64,000 nucleotides of DNA from Tubulanus polymorphus (lineage: Eukaryota; Animalia; Nemertea): contig NC_134036.1 in the NCBI RefSeq assembly GCF_964204645.1, positions 3,658,001 through 3,722,000 of the forward strand, written 5' to 3'. The position numbers and the translations under genes are program-made. Positions 1 to 15,500 of the stretch are shown here, in pieces. Under the pieces are notes generated by a model that did not search any database, was not told the DNA's origin, and worked only from the letters and a program-made list of their open reading frames with translations. How positions within the stretch are numbered: position 1 is the stretch's first letter; each line of letters opens with the position of its first letter.

Positions 1-538
1 ATAGCACCAGCCGGTGGCGCCGCTCCCGCTTAAAGCCAAGCAGCCAATCAACTCGAAGTAAACACGTTCCTTTCAGTTCCGGAACTCAGGCGTAAAGGTG
101 TATTTTCGTGATCCAACGCATCATCGATATTGACGGTTTTGACGAAAACACGTATAATTCGGTGGTCGCTCGTGGCGAGGGGGCTTTACTTTGAGCACGA
201 TCGCTTAACTCAACAGAGATGACGGTGCCCCATCCGCCGATCGAAGTAAGCTCAATCCAAAAGGTTATTCAAAGATCATTCTCAACGGAACTGGGAGAAT
301 TGTATCGGAAAAACGTACACCCACGAAGAGAAATTAAATTAATAATGACGCTTTCACTCAATTCGAATTTCTCATAGATTTTAAGTCGAAACTTCTGAAT
401 AACTGTCGGGATTTTTATCAAACACAGTCGCTCGCCTATAGAAACCGACAGGGCATGCGGGGTCTACCGTTGGCTTCAGAATTTGGTACGGGCACAGATA
501 ACCGTAGGTAGATACACCTTGGAGTATGATACACTTAC

Positions 539-3500
539 CGTCATCACGTGTTTCCAAAGGGCTACGTGTCGCGACGCATCGAACAGACACAGCGAACTGT
601 CGTATCCGGCCGTCAGGAACAGCGAGGTATTCGAGTCGAGTTGAATACTAGTCAAACCGCGCAAATCATCGTAATGGCTCTAAATATATGGTTGTGGAGA
701 AATTGACAAAAACGAATGAACGCGGATATTTTCGAGACATTGGGGTTGAAGGCAACAATAATACAATATTGCAATAAGTGATGCAAAAATGCCAAAAGGC
801 AAACATACCTCTCATTTTGGGGGGAAAAGAAATTTCGAACCCGTTAAAATTATGTAAATTCTACTTTCCAACTAGGATGTATCTGTACTCCAACTATAAG
901 AGATTTCAAAATCGAACCCGCTCGTACCATTTCCCGGCAAGTGTGGTGAATGAATGAACACTTAATTTTTCAAATATAATTTACAGCATATTGTACAGAG
1001 CATAATACAAAATACAGTAAATTAGACTTGGAGGGGCCTGTAGAAACTAAGAAATAGTTTACATAAAACAGGTCCCTCAAAAGAGAAAAGTGGTGGGGCA
1101 ATGATCGAATGTGGTTCGCATGCAAAGATGACCAAAGCTTCTTTGACCGAACACTGATTTCCTGGAGGGAAGTATAAACATTTGTGATTTACCTGCGTCA
1201 GCGAGCCTGGGTTGAGCTGCACGTCCTGTAACGGGAAGTATTGAGTGTTGATGTTGGCGGTCAAGATACTGTTGGTGGTAGTGCCCATTAGTAGCATGTC
1301 TTTGTAAAGTTTGAGCATTCGAACACCGCCTTCGTGAGCTGGAATCTGAAGAGTATTCAGTTGATGCTAATGAGTTGCAGGAACAAAATAGACGATATGC
1401 AAATAAGGCAATGGGTACCGTTGGCCATCGGTGGAGTTGGCGTCTTATAAGGCAACAGGTTGGGAGCTCGGTTTTGAAATTAAGAAACCCCCTGATTTGT
1501 GTCCGGCAGGTGTGGTGGACTCGTAAGGGATACAAAAAATAACAACATAGAAATTGCATCAATCAAGACGGCCAAAAAATCAATATTTCGAGTTTCCAAA
1601 TGACGTCTTCGTAATACGTACTTTCAGTATACCGACCGAGTCCATGTACCGATCCCAAATCCAACTGCGCACTTTGTTATCACGGCCACCAGTGAGCAGA
1701 ACATTCTTAATCAACAGTAGCGAAAATACCGGACCCTTGAAAAAAAAACCAGAAATATATGAACATAGATTTTGCGATAGACCTGGCTACATCACCAGGT
1801 ACGCACGTGTGCAAATCATGCATTGTATTGTTTATTTCTTCTTGGGACCAAAAGCTTTGCTGTCTTCGTGCCAATAGTAGACAAAAATGACGAAGTTACG
1901 AGCTATAAGAACTCGTTATGATAATGAAATACACACGAGCTCTACGTGCAGTAAAGACGCCGTTTGTAAAACTAACATCCTATAATCTCCGGTCAATGTT
2001 TAGTTCAACCTTGAGGCAAATTTGCCCTAGCTCTCAAAGAGCCTTCGACTACCAGAAAGTTGCCTTATCATTTACATTTTACTTTTATACCGCAAATAAA
2101 ACTCTTTTTGCTATAGGATTATCCTAATGTCTCTTATCCATTCATGCGTGTATTACCTCTTAATTCATAAGCCAAGTACAGTGGAACCTCGTTACAGCTT
2201 CACGGGACCAGATTATATGTTCGTTATAACGAGTATCAAATAAATCAAATTGTCCTACTTGGGACAAAATTTTATATTTTGTTGTATCAGATGAATCGTT
2301 GTATCCTAGTTCGTTCTAACGAGGTTCCACTGCAGCCATATTTTCTATGGAACTATGGCAATAAGTGATTACAGTTGTTACTTATCACCACTTGATTAGT
2401 TAAGGAGAAGTTAAGCAGTATTGGTTCGTTTACCTCGTGCGCGTGTTTAACGAGATTGACAACTTTGTTCGTGCTGTAACCCCATATGTAAATAGTACCG
2501 TTAGAATCACCCGTAATCAAATCACCGCGATCGTTGTGTATCATCGTGTTTATGTATTTCGCCCGTAAATGGCTCTGAAAAAAAATCAAGAAAGGCGATT
2601 TAAACGCCACGAACTGGAAGGCAATGGCTGGAGAGGGATAGTCGAGTATCGGTTCCCAGAATTTGATCGATATGCACACACAAAACGGGCCTGTGAAATA
2701 TCAAGTTTAGAAAGGACACATATGCATTAAACGTCTCATCTATTCTCCAGTTTTGTTCTTTCTAACAAAAGTACTAGCATCGAATCGTAAGGATTATTGC
2801 ATTTTTTGCACCGCATCAAGCATGTCTATTGAAAATTAGAACGACACCAATTTCCACCAGTACGAGATATTTCTATTTCAAATATATCTCGGAAAGTAAA
2901 TCTTTCATCTTGTCAGCGACTTCAAAAGTACGATATTTCTAACGTCAAATGCACACTAACATGTGAGTAAGGAGAAATCCTATTTCTACAGACCTGATAG
3001 TCAGCTTTTGCTTGGAGGTGCAACGAAGCGCTGTCCGGGATGAACTTCCACCAGACCAGATGTTCAAGGCCGATTGTGACGATGAGGTCCGCGTTTCTCG
3101 GGTTGAATTTGATGTCACAAACTACGGGCGTCCCGACCTTTATAAGTCAGGAAAATACACTGTACTTTAATCGATATACATTCAAAATTAGAGATTCGCG
3201 ACAAATGCAAAGGATTTGATTCTTGATTGCTGTTTTCTGGTTTATCTTAATGTTATGAAATCTTTTAGAACTATATACATCATAATCATCTATTTCCACT
3301 GCAGTTTGCCTTGAACGAATTCAACCGTGCCATGGAAAAAAACCCGGCCTTGTCCTTTCCTCATCCATACTCTAAAGTGATTTGATACTTTGCCCGGCCG
3401 GAGGATGATCTCACTCACCTGAACGCTTGTTATCATCTTCCCTCTCAACGTGTCCCACACTGACATCGTGTGCTCTTCACTACTGTCGACCGCGACCAAA

Positions 3501-6500
3501 TAATCCTGAGACAAAATGAAATGATTATACTTAAGATTGATAAGAGGTTACTCGAAGATGCTCAACAACGCCTATAAGGCCACATTTAACAATAGGCTTG
3601 CCTAGTGAGCTGGATTACGACAAAATCCAAAATTCCATATTTTCAGTAGGCCTATACAGAGATTTATAGAAACCGACCTATAATTACAAGCCACATGCTT
3701 AACTTAATCAGGTCAATCTTAAGGGACGAAACCTTGATTGATTGAGACCCGTAAATATATGTAGCTGTTAGGTTTTACCTTGTTTTTGGCGAAGGCCAAA
3801 GCTATCACAGACTTCTGGAAATATTTACACCCGAGAACATGCAGAGTCTGCATAGTATCACAGCGCCATACTCTGACCTCAGCCTGGGTGAGGAGGTAAG
3901 CATAAACATATCTCAAATACTGAATAAGATTTATAATTTCTATGACACATACAAAAGTTCTATCTATTAATTTTTAAGTAAATCATTTTGCTTGTTAAGG
4001 TTTTTGATTATTGTTTATTGTTATAGCATCCTCTAAAAAACAAATTATTTACCTCAATCTTTTTGTCGTTCTCCAAACAGGATTGGCCAGTCGCTATAGT
4101 TACCCCATCAGAATGCACAGCCATGCTTCAATGGAAATACAGATATTGTTAGAATTATTGATATATTCATTGATTTGTCCAAAGCATTTGAGAACATAAC
4201 CCAGTGATTTGTACATGTCAACTTTCAAATAATGAATCACAAAAGCGATTTATCTAGTATTAGGCATAATTAATAAAATTTTATTTTGATATTGACAAAG
4301 CATGAAAAATTTCTGAATAATCAACCGACCATCTGGACCCTCGATTTCCGATTTCGAAATCAAACCCCGTTCCAGCAGGACGTGTAGTAGGTTAGTATGG
4401 GACACCGATTCGATGGATAATCCTTTTAGATCAAACACCTCACCTTTTTATCTCGCTGCTGTGGGCCTTGTAGTGTCGCTGCTGTCGTTCTTCGATTTTA
4501 TAAATAACGACGATGTTCGCGATGTAATAGGCGATCTCGCCGCTGCCCAAAACGAATATGTTACTGCGACAGTCGTTGCCTCGATAACCGTACACCCAAT
4601 CCAGTTGTAACCGTTCACGGGGTGGGTCACTGTTCAGACCTGCAAAACCCGTCGAAAGCTACAGTTTTCCAAAGAACTTTACCCACAGCTTTTGGGCCTA
4701 GTATCCTAAGTACTATATAGAAACAAAAATTCTTTTTAAACGAATATTGAATATTTTTCTATACAATATCTAAGATACTTGGGGTCAAGGTTTTTCATAT
4801 GAGTTGACCGAAACGATTATAGGTTTGCGATGCTGACCACCAAAGTTCCGAAGGAGCTAAAGTTTACTGTGGATTACACACGCCAGACTTAGCTGTTTTC
4901 AAACACATGCAGCCTTCGTATAACAAATGCTTAATGTCTGGGCTTGATGGATAGACTGATGATGATGTTATGGGTGTCGAAGCGAATGAATGTTTCTGCA
5001 ATTGGCGATATCTTACAAACAAAATTAGGTTACTTTCGGTCTGAATTGTGATATAGATTAATTCTTAACAATTTGAAGAAATAAATGAATGCAAGATAGC
5101 GTCAATTACGAAATCTTTCATGTCTGGGGGTTTGCTCGGGTTCGCAACGTGCTAAGCTAACCTGCTAGTTTGAGGTTGTCCGGTAAGAAAAGCAGCTGCT
5201 TTTTACCACCGATATCGACAGAGATCGTGTTGTTCGCGTCGGAATGCTTGACGGGATGTTCTCCGAGTGGCTTATCTTTGACGCTCACACCGCCGCCGCG
5301 TCCCTGCGCTGGAATCATCTCTGTAAACGAACGAATCCGAATGTCAAAGAAGAGAACATCGAAACATACGTATTATATTAATCTCTATCAAGTAAATAGA
5401 CGAGAGGTCGAAATATATGCTAGAACTTTGAACTCGAGTCGATCGCGGTTAAATCGTCAGAGTTCAATTTTCGTATCCCAATTTGTATTTCTAATTCAAT
5501 TTACTGAGTGTAAGTCGTCATTTAGATAGGTTATCAACGCAACGACCGTCTCGACTACGACGACTCAAGCGAGCTCGACCGAATAAACACTAATAATAAT
5601 GATAAAACTGTAATAATAAAAGACTCGAAGAAGGCTTTCATTTTTGCGCATATCGACAAATACAACTTACATACCGCCAGTATCCTCGTGTATGACGTCA
5701 TTGTGTTTATCGACTTGTATAAGTGGAATCGAAGATTGTTTTTGTTCGCCTTTCTTTTTACCGGCTAAATAGAAAAAAAAGTAATCAACTAAAAACTTTT
5801 TGTCCTTGAGTTCTCTCGCAGTCTCTCATTGAAGGTTGGTGATGAGATATGCGAAATCGATCATCGAAACTTGGTTTTCCTTGCTAGATTTAAGTTCTGC
5901 CTTTGACACTATTGACCAGCAACCTTTATTAGAACGTCTTAATGTTGATTTTGGTTTGGACGGATGATTCCCCCAATTGATTAGAACTGGCGGGCGTACC
6001 CGGGAAATTTCAAAATAGTCAACGTTCTAGGCCCGACTAGTCAAATTCTCAATTATGGGGTGCCTCAAGGTTCAATTCTAGGTCCGCTTTTATTATCACC
6101 GTTTACAAATACCATTGGTAATCTCGTCGTTTCTTTTACTATCTACATTTTTTCTGTTTTTCATATGGACTGACTCATGAAAGAAACGGCTGGTTGGGGA
6201 CATTCTTATATAATAACGGTACTAACCATTTCGAAGTAAACCCCTGACTGAACTAAAAAATCCCGTTTTCGTCGGAGCAACTGATTTTTGTTCTGAAAAA
6301 GAAAATCATGAAAATTCATCTTCATGCTCGGATGCTGATCTTGAAGAGTTGATAACCGGACGGATTATTCAGATTTGTTTCGGGTGGTGTAGAGTCTAAA
6401 AAATCTAATCCGGAATAATGGACAAGTACATCGTAGCACAGTTCAACAATCTATGATGAATTTTCCAAAAAATGGAGACGAACGGTTTCAGAAATAAAGG

Positions 6501-9500
6501 CGATTTGTTTACGCACCCGGGGTATGAATACATATTCTGTTTATTTACCTTTCGAAACGGGAGGTACGGTTAATGAATTCTGCGTATTGATAGGTGCGTT
6601 AGCCGAAACAGGCGTGGCTTCTGTCATTTCTAAATCGAAAGATAAAAGATGCGATAAGATATCCAAAATTTGATATCAAGACCGATTTTTCAACAGGTAT
6701 TCTCAGTTTAGAAGATGATGAACAAATTCACGATTGATGATACTAAAGGCTATATCTTTCTGACGGTTTCGAGGTTAATCTAAGTCTTATATTCAAAGGA
6801 ACAGAATTGATTTCTTTTCTTTCTGAAGATGGTGTTCAGAGAAACCTCGAAATTTTTGAAATAATAAACTTCATTAGTTGGACTTAAATTATTTGAAACG
6901 CAATTTAATTGATCTTTTGCTATAAGAAATGTCGTTTTAAAGCACGGTTTGACACATTTTCTGTAGATACTTCTCGAAAAAACGTTTCATGTGTAAGTAC
7001 CCTTGGACCAAAGTGGATTTAGAACATTTTCTTAATTCAATGACTTGGATAACTTACGCGCACCGGGTTCCGAGTATTCGGCCAATAGCTCTTTGGTTTT
7101 ATTGACTGATATCTTTATCTGTCCCTGCGTCAGTTTCTAGATAAAAAGTAACACACATAAAAACATCAACTTTATCTTAGATGTATCAATGTCATGCTAA
7201 AGTGATCTATTTTTGCTGAGTGTGTGGTTTATTTCAAAATGCCTTTTTCTCGTGCGACGTTAAGTTTTCGTATAGTTCTTCGCTATAGAAACGAGTAAAC
7301 TATTATCATCACTAAGTGCAGCTTTTGTATCGTATTTTCGACGTTACGTCAAAAACTGATCGTCCACAATTCACGTGGTGTTCAGGACTTCTGAGACAAT
7401 TTGATCGAACTTTCAACGCCAGACGGATATTAAAGGGCAAATGAAGAGTCCGTTATATAATCATCAATTAGCCTTTTAAAAGTAATTAGTTGAAACGTCA
7501 TATATAACATATGTAAACTTTCGAAATCCAATTTATCTACAAATTTAAATACTGGTTTTTCTTCACATAACCAATTATTATCCAGACACATCAACTCTTT
7601 ATTAGATTTGGGTTAACATCACTATGTGTCACTCTGTTATCGCCACCCTTTTCAGTCCACTTCACATAGTTTGTTTTTACCCTGAACTGTTTAGAATTGC
7701 TGTGGTTTCCACGGTACCCCTTGATGTTTTATTGCTTGGTCTTTTTATCTTTAGTTTTGACACACTGCTTCTATTCTAGATCCTGTGAGTTAATATGCTT
7801 TGTTACTTGTTTTTCTGGTCATTCCACCTGATGATGGCTGTTAGTCAACAGCCGAAACGTTGTGGTTTCGTAATAATAAAATTGTTCGTGTAGTTTCAAA
7901 TTCGAAGTGTGGGATTTCTACATTTATCTACAGTTTACACGGATTATAGTGTTTATTCGACAACTAGTTGAAACGTCATTTTACACAAAACAAAGCTAAG
8001 ATTTTCATCGGCAAACTTTGAGAATACGATTCAAACTACGATGGTGAATGTCTGCACAGTTGATCTAGATTTCAGATCGACACCCGCATTGATAGCGAAG
8101 GAAAGTTACGGCCCAACGGACTTCAATACTTTCGGCAGTCTTAAAATAAGCCATCACTACCTTCCTGAGGTTGGAGAGGGTGCGCTCTTTTTCCGTGTCG
8201 AGGGAACCGAAGCTGTTATCTCGTTTACACCAAGGCTCTTGCAGTTTGAAGAATTCGGGTTTTTCGTCGGGCGGCAAACTCTCCAGAAACGTTTCCTGGG
8301 CTTTTTCGAGAAAACTGAGCATCTCCGGCCAGCTGGAATAAATCGAAAAAATAGGAATCGAAACGAGTTAGCAAATATTGGCAATTTCAGCGAATATTTC
8401 GAAACAGTTTCCGGAAAGTACTGCCACCTGGCGACGATTCAGTACTGATGACGCAAAGGAAGGGTTACCGTACCCGGAAGCTAAACAAAGCATCTCGCTT
8501 GGCTCGCTAAACACATCGTTTTTCGAGAATGAATTATCAATTTTGTGCTGTTTACTACACTTTTTGATGGTATGTACCACATACAAATGTATATTACATC
8601 AACTAGTTTCAGTGACTGGCATCTAAATCGAACAAATGCAAAAAATCTTAATATGCTAAATTCGATCGTACACGACCGTGTTTTTTTGCACAACCGACAA
8701 GGTCGTTTCTGAGTAAGGAGTTAAGGAGGACCGACGCGTACTTAACTGCATTATCAGTTCACTCTCAAAAATATTTACCTGACCTTCCCGTTCGCTTCGT
8801 CGTCGCATCGTCTCAACAGACTCGTCAACAAGGCACCGTAGATGGGCATGTCATCCGTGTTGAATAGTTCGATGATTTTCTGCTGTTCTAACTGGCCGGT
8901 TTTCTGCTTGTCCATAATCTTGATTAAAGACGAGATGCAAATAAAATTAGAATGTCACAAATGTTCGTATACGTTGGGGTTCTGTGCTAGTCAATATGCA
9001 CTACAGTGAAATTAGGCATTCATTTCATGACCCTAATTTATATGCGATGAATTTTGATAATTAAGTGTTGTGTCTTTTTTGATGATGCGCACCACTTCAT
9101 CAATATATCGGGCCTAGACTGGATGCGGATCGTCGATTATCGATGTATTCAAATACAAGATTACTTTATCGATCCTTAATTTATAATCTATATCATTCAT
9201 AATTAGCAGAATATGCGGTTTTTTTTTCAAAGCGTCAAACAACTTTCATTAGTTTTCTTGTTATATATGTGAATATGTGAATATGGTATCAATTCAATAG
9301 ATTTCATCTAATATAAGTTATCGAGGGGAAAAGATTTATTGTGCGACTATTCTATTAGATTATTAAATTTCATTGAAAAACGCGTCTTGCTCCAGCAGTG
9401 ACATCGTGATATCTGAGTTGACATCTCTAAGTAATCGTTGTTTTTCTTTTTTACAATAATCACCTGCAATATACGGCGTAATTCGTTCAGATCGGGCTGC

Positions 9501-12500
9501 AGCCTGGAGCGCGCCAGCTCGCACTCGACCCTAAAAATCAGATCCTGATCACGTGCTTCAGGCGGCAAGACGGAAGTGTTCGAAGTGTCGTTGGCGTTGT
9601 CGGTGTTCAGCGCCTCGACGCTGTCACGGCCTGAAAAAAAAATATAAATAATTCATTTTTTTGAGTTGACCTGTACAATCATACCGGTATCAACAGGCAG
9701 CCTGGACTCGCCTTCAGAAATTGTGCATATACTTATACTGATTATTTCTTGAAAGTTTATACGTAGCGGTGTTTGTTGTTCATTTTCAATTAGAAATGTC
9801 TCAGGTGAAGTTCTGAATACATGTGAAGTGTGGACGATCAGTTTTTTTAAGTTTGCTGATAAAATATCTTATTTCTGGTGTTTGTAGTTCATTTTCAATT
9901 AGAAATGTCTCAGGTGAAGTCCTGAACACATTTGAAGTGTGGACGATCTGTTTTGGAAGTGTGTTGATAAAATGTCTAATATCTATTTTTTTGTAGTTCA
10001 TTTTCAATTGAAAATGTCTTTAGTGAAGTACTGAACACATGTGAAGTGGAGGCGATCAGTTTTTGAAAGTTGAAAATATCTAAAATGAAATAATCATCAC
10101 AAGTGGAACGTGGACGATCAAAATGTCTGAAGGGTTTCGAGAGTGCATAAGGACATCGAATTTGTTTCGAATTCGAATTTTTGCTATTTTTTGCCGTTAT
10201 TGCTCCGCTTGAAGCCGAAGAAATTTCTAAACAGAAAAACGAATGACCTTGGATTACAAATTTTTCAACGCAATTATAGACAAGCATTTTGATCAAAGAA
10301 ACCAACAAGCTATATTGTCAAAATTGCATAGAATATTTTTACGCTTTCGACAAAATTTACAACAATTTTACAATGATGGTTTGGGGTTTTCGGAATGTTG
10401 GCTTTTGGTAAAATCATTGGGACTTTATGGCTAAAACTGTATAGTTTTACCAGTTCACGTCATCTTATTCCATGCTCATATATACAAGACCAACAGACGA
10501 ACAACGGTTTAAAACTGGCGAACAAAGGATGCGAAAATCTATAACGCATTTTACTCCCTTTGTAAATTCAACGAAAATATATCAAAGCTAAAAGTTTCTA
10601 CGGCGTCAGTTTCAGTACAAAAGATCAAACATGACAAAGAGCCAATTTGCGCCGCGCGTTCTGCTGAATAAAACTAAATTAAATTAGCGAACAAAAGCCG
10701 TTCGCGAATGCCTCGGTATCAAAGGCTGCCTTTTCATTTTAGATATCGTATTCGTAGAGAAAAGTTCACTGCAAGTTTAGAAACTTTGTCGGCAAATTCG
10801 TCTCCGCAATATTATCGCGCCGCGTAGGACGACAGACCACTGTGGTACTCAGTATCGATAATTTAAGTTTTGCCTTCAGTTTTCAGAGAAAGATTTCCGC
10901 TACAGTCGTTCGTTTTACACCTAGAAATTGATATTTGTTTCATACCTAAATATAAATATTCTTTTACAGAACATCTGCGATATTTTTAAAGCTACGAGTG
11001 AACTATTGAATTATCAAATCGCGTCTGTGATTGGCGCTACAGGTTTTAAAAGATGGAATAAATATTTCTTTAGATGTAGTATCTCGCATTTGATATTTGT
11101 GTTCGTTTTTCGATACGATTGTTTTCGACATGACACGAATTAAGAATGTTATGTTTGTAGTTCTGGTTTCCATCTTACTTCAAGTTTGCATCGCGCGCGC
11201 TGATCGCGCAGACTCTATCGAGAAATCGTCTGTGACGGTAAGTTCGTCTTGTAACAACACGTGGTACCCGCTAGATTCTACGTCCGGTTACATCGTTTCA
11301 CCGAATTACCCGTCGTTAACGCGCGGTGTTGAATGTCGTTGGTTCATCAACAGTTCTTTACCGGGAACTTTTCACGTCCAAGTTTACCACGATATCGATA
11401 TGTCGATATTCTGTAAGGCCAGCTACCTACTCGTGGGCGAGTCTGATGACAGATTATGCGGTGATGGAAAACATGAAATCCGCCGTAACGATTCGATCTC
11501 GTTGATGTTTAGAAGTAACGTCGATGATTCGCGAGGTAGTCGGGTTTATATCATTTATCGTTATGAACGAAACCGATTGATTCTAAGTCACAACTGTAGA
11601 TCCAATCGTCTTAGGTTGGAACGATTGCAAACATCAAATGGATACAAATTCGCTCTATCAATTTTTCAACAACATTGTCAACTATATTTAGAATGGCTCG
11701 GACTTCAGGATGGTTTCGCTTTGAACCTTACATTCATAGACGTTAGCTTCGAATTACACCCCATTGTTAAAAAAGTTTCGGTTAGAATCCACGACGGTTG
11801 GAACACCAGTAGCGAACCTATCGCTCATATACCTGAACAAAAAGGACTAACACCATCTACGTTTTATACTAAAACAAACAAGGCCATCGTCGGTATGCCA
11901 CCATTCGGATTCACATTTCACTCAAAATTACATGTGCACATTTACAAAATATCAGATTGGAACGTCTCTAACCCGTTGATTCAGATCTATAATAACGAGT
12001 CGGGAGTGCTCATTCCCGATGACAACAGTTTACACGTAATAACTCGATCAAAACACTTACACTGCTGGTCTATCACAGTGCAGGTGTTACAGTACGTCGT
12101 CTTCAACTGGACACGTGATCTCCTCACATCAGCTGACGGTGTTTATAAACTAGAAGGGTTACGCGCTGTAGAAACTGATATTTTACTCGGTTACAACTAC
12201 CTGCAATCACTGAGTGTCAAATCGGAAGGTTTTCTCGTCGTATTGTGCGTCATAACGGGAAAAGAACTAACGCAGTCTCGTATTGAGATAAATCAGCACG
12301 TGGAATCGCTTTCGATGACCGACGTTAAGGTTTCTACGCGACGAGTAAGTAATAAATACGTTTTGATATAGAATCGAATGTTTTTTTTTCAAAATGCTTT
12401 TAAACACAAATAGGAATTTTAACATCTGGCATCTTTTTCTACAGGCTATGGGCCAGTATTTTACGCCTTTTCGACAGTTCCCAACGAGAAACAAGCCGAT

Positions 12501-15500
12501 AGTGACGTACCGCGTGCAAATATTGAAGTTCACAACAATAGTAAATATTCATGAATCTGGTTTACGCATGTTGGTTTTATCAGAGAACTGCGAGCGAGCT
12601 GGATTTTACATATACGACGGTGGTAATTTCACGGCTAGACGATACGGTCCGTATTGTCCTCGTTCAACTAGGTACGACCGTAACGTCGTCAGTCTGATTA
12701 CATCAGGTCGATCGGTTACTATAGTAGCATACGCCTACAAATGGGACGGACAGTTGACCGAAGATAACCCACTTCTCAGATTTCAACCAACCGACTGTGT
12801 CGGGTACATCCTCCGGGAGGGAGAACGGCAGGTCAACATGACGTCACACTGTCTCGTGATTACACCCGAAAATCGACGCCTTCCTTTGAGACATATTTAC
12901 ATATTATCAGAACACGAATATCAAATTGACCGATGTTTTCCCGGAAAAAGGCAGATGTCTTCGTGCAAAAGATCTACAACTGTAAAAAGCCGATTTCTCA
13001 ATAACAGTCTCGTATTAAACACGGTTAGTCTTGACAGCGAAAACCAGTTCTGGCAATCTCCATTCATAGTTAAAGTACGTCGTAAATGCCAGAGTTTGAA
13101 GTTGGCCACTTCAGGTAGTATCGGAATGTTTTTACCGGATAAAGATGAATGCGGAATCGTGCAGTCACCGAACTACCCGGGATATGCAGGCTATCTTTCT
13201 CAGTCGCTTGGCTATAGATTCAATACTAGATTTGTAGGAAACGCAATTCAATACAAATACTACAGATTCGTTATCAAATACATCGACGTAACGCCGTGTT
13301 CTAAAGCATCTTTATCGGACAAGGATCCGATTGAGTTTGTTCAACAAATGTACGATTATATCATCGAAAAGCGGACGGAGGGCGTGCATAAAATCTGTAA
13401 AATTAACCATCCTTTACTCGGCAGCGTATTTCACAGTTTAAAGAAGGGTGGCTTCTATTTTAACGTGAAAGGTGAAGTTCCGGCATTTCAAATACAATAC
13501 ACATTAGAAGCATCGTCACAGATCGAAGGGAGTGGCTGCGACCCGGGATTAATTGATTCGGGAATTTCATGCGTTAAATATATCAGTGATGAACGTCTGA
13601 ATTGGGAGAATGCTGAATTGTATTGTAGACAGAAGTACGCGGGACATCTACTCAGCATCAACTCAGAACAGGAAATGGCGGCTATCAAGACGTTATTCGC
13701 TACGAAACTCCTTCAAAATGCTTATTCACAGATATCGCTCGTAATGATGATTGGATTAAAACTGCAGGTAATAAAACTTAATTTTCAGAGCTTTATTTTG
13801 TTTAGAATCAGATGCTGTTTACGCAATATAGCAAATCTTATTCAAATACGTAGTTGATAAACAACGAAAATTAGTTAAACTGGCGTTTCGGATAAAATTT
13901 CACAGATTTATATCTCAAAAAATACATTAGATTTTGAATATAGCTCCGAAGAAGGATAGGGCAGTGTAACAACAGATCTTACGTCGTTATGGTCAACATT
14001 GTGGGATTTTCATCAATCCTACTCAAGATAATATATATTACAACTATGAGTGCAATCATATGCTAAGTGTGAATACATATTATCAGGAAAATATATAATA
14101 TGCTTGTGTTTTCCAGCCAAATACTAGTCAATACACGTGGACTGACGGGAAACCATTGACCTACACAGAGTGGTATAAACCTACAAATAACGAAACCATA
14201 CCAGATGTTATTCAAGGATTGATATCTTTTAGAAGAAAACAACCGATAAATGACGTCAATATGCCGTGTACAGCGATGATACTGAATAATCCACGAGGTT
14301 CGGCGAACTGGGTTCGATTCCCGTGTCTTATCGAGGAGGTTCATACGACGTTTGTTTGCGAATCGGATAGAAATGAAACAAAACAAGATGGCAATCTGAC
14401 TTCATACGAAAATGAAACAATACTATCCGCTAAAAATGATTTTTTTCCAAAGCTAGACACCAGTTCAACCTGCCCTCGCGGTTGGGTAGGTATAGCAGGG
14501 CGATGTTATCAAATACTGACAAATTGGAACAAAAACCGAAGTTTAGATATTGTAAGCGCGGGAGAAATGTGCCGTGGCATCAGCGGTGAAATAGGTGAGA
14601 TCTCTTTAACTGTAAATTTCGTAAGCGTTTTAGTCACTACGTTTCACTATCAACACCAATATGGCGCCATATTAGTTAAGGATGGGCATAAGAAAACCAG
14701 AGTGATACAGCCATTGCTGACCAGGGACGGTATCACCTACGTTCATTCATTGGGTTGGTCCTTCGATTCCACCGAAAACACAGAACTTGGTGATGTGCAT
14801 TCTGTTCTGTGTTCATACAATGCAACTGATGAAGAGTTAGCTTCTATAAGCGGTTGTAAATCGTGGCAGTTTAAATGTAACGATCAAAGATGTATCAGCG
14901 ACCATCGCGTATGTGATACCAGACACGACTGTCAACACGGTGAAGATGAACTCAATTGTACGGATATCAATCTACGCAGTCAGTTTCAATGCGATGATGG
15001 GCAGATTATATCAATAAGTGGTTTCTGTGACTTCATACAGGATTGCGTCGATGGTTCCGATGAGACCTCGTGTTTTCATCCACCGTGTTTGTCCGAACAA
15101 TTTCGCTGTAAAAGTGGTCAATGTGTCAGTAGGTCAAACAGATGTGATGGAATAACTAATTGTAGGGATGATTCCGATGAAATGGGATGCACTGCTGAAC
15201 TGTGTCAGGGGTTCCTATGTAACAGTGGAGACTGTATCAGTTCTGAGTTGTATCAAGATGGTGTCGTGGATTGTAGTGGAAGCCTCGAAGAAGATGAAAT
15301 AGTGACAAATAGTGTTACAGTGAATCCTACTGTTCATTGCAATGATGAAAACGAATGTACGACTAACTTCACAAATCTCTGCGTAGAATCTGATGAACAA
15401 AAATGTTCTTTTAATTCTCCGCGTTGTTACTCAAGACGCCACAGATGTATTCTGGAAAGATTGAAAAATAGTTTCCCAGTTTGTAGAAATCTTGAGCATA

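Noticed and set aside
1-340. GC-richer start of the window as a possible exon
   Set aside because: No long open frame or clear splice pair identified.
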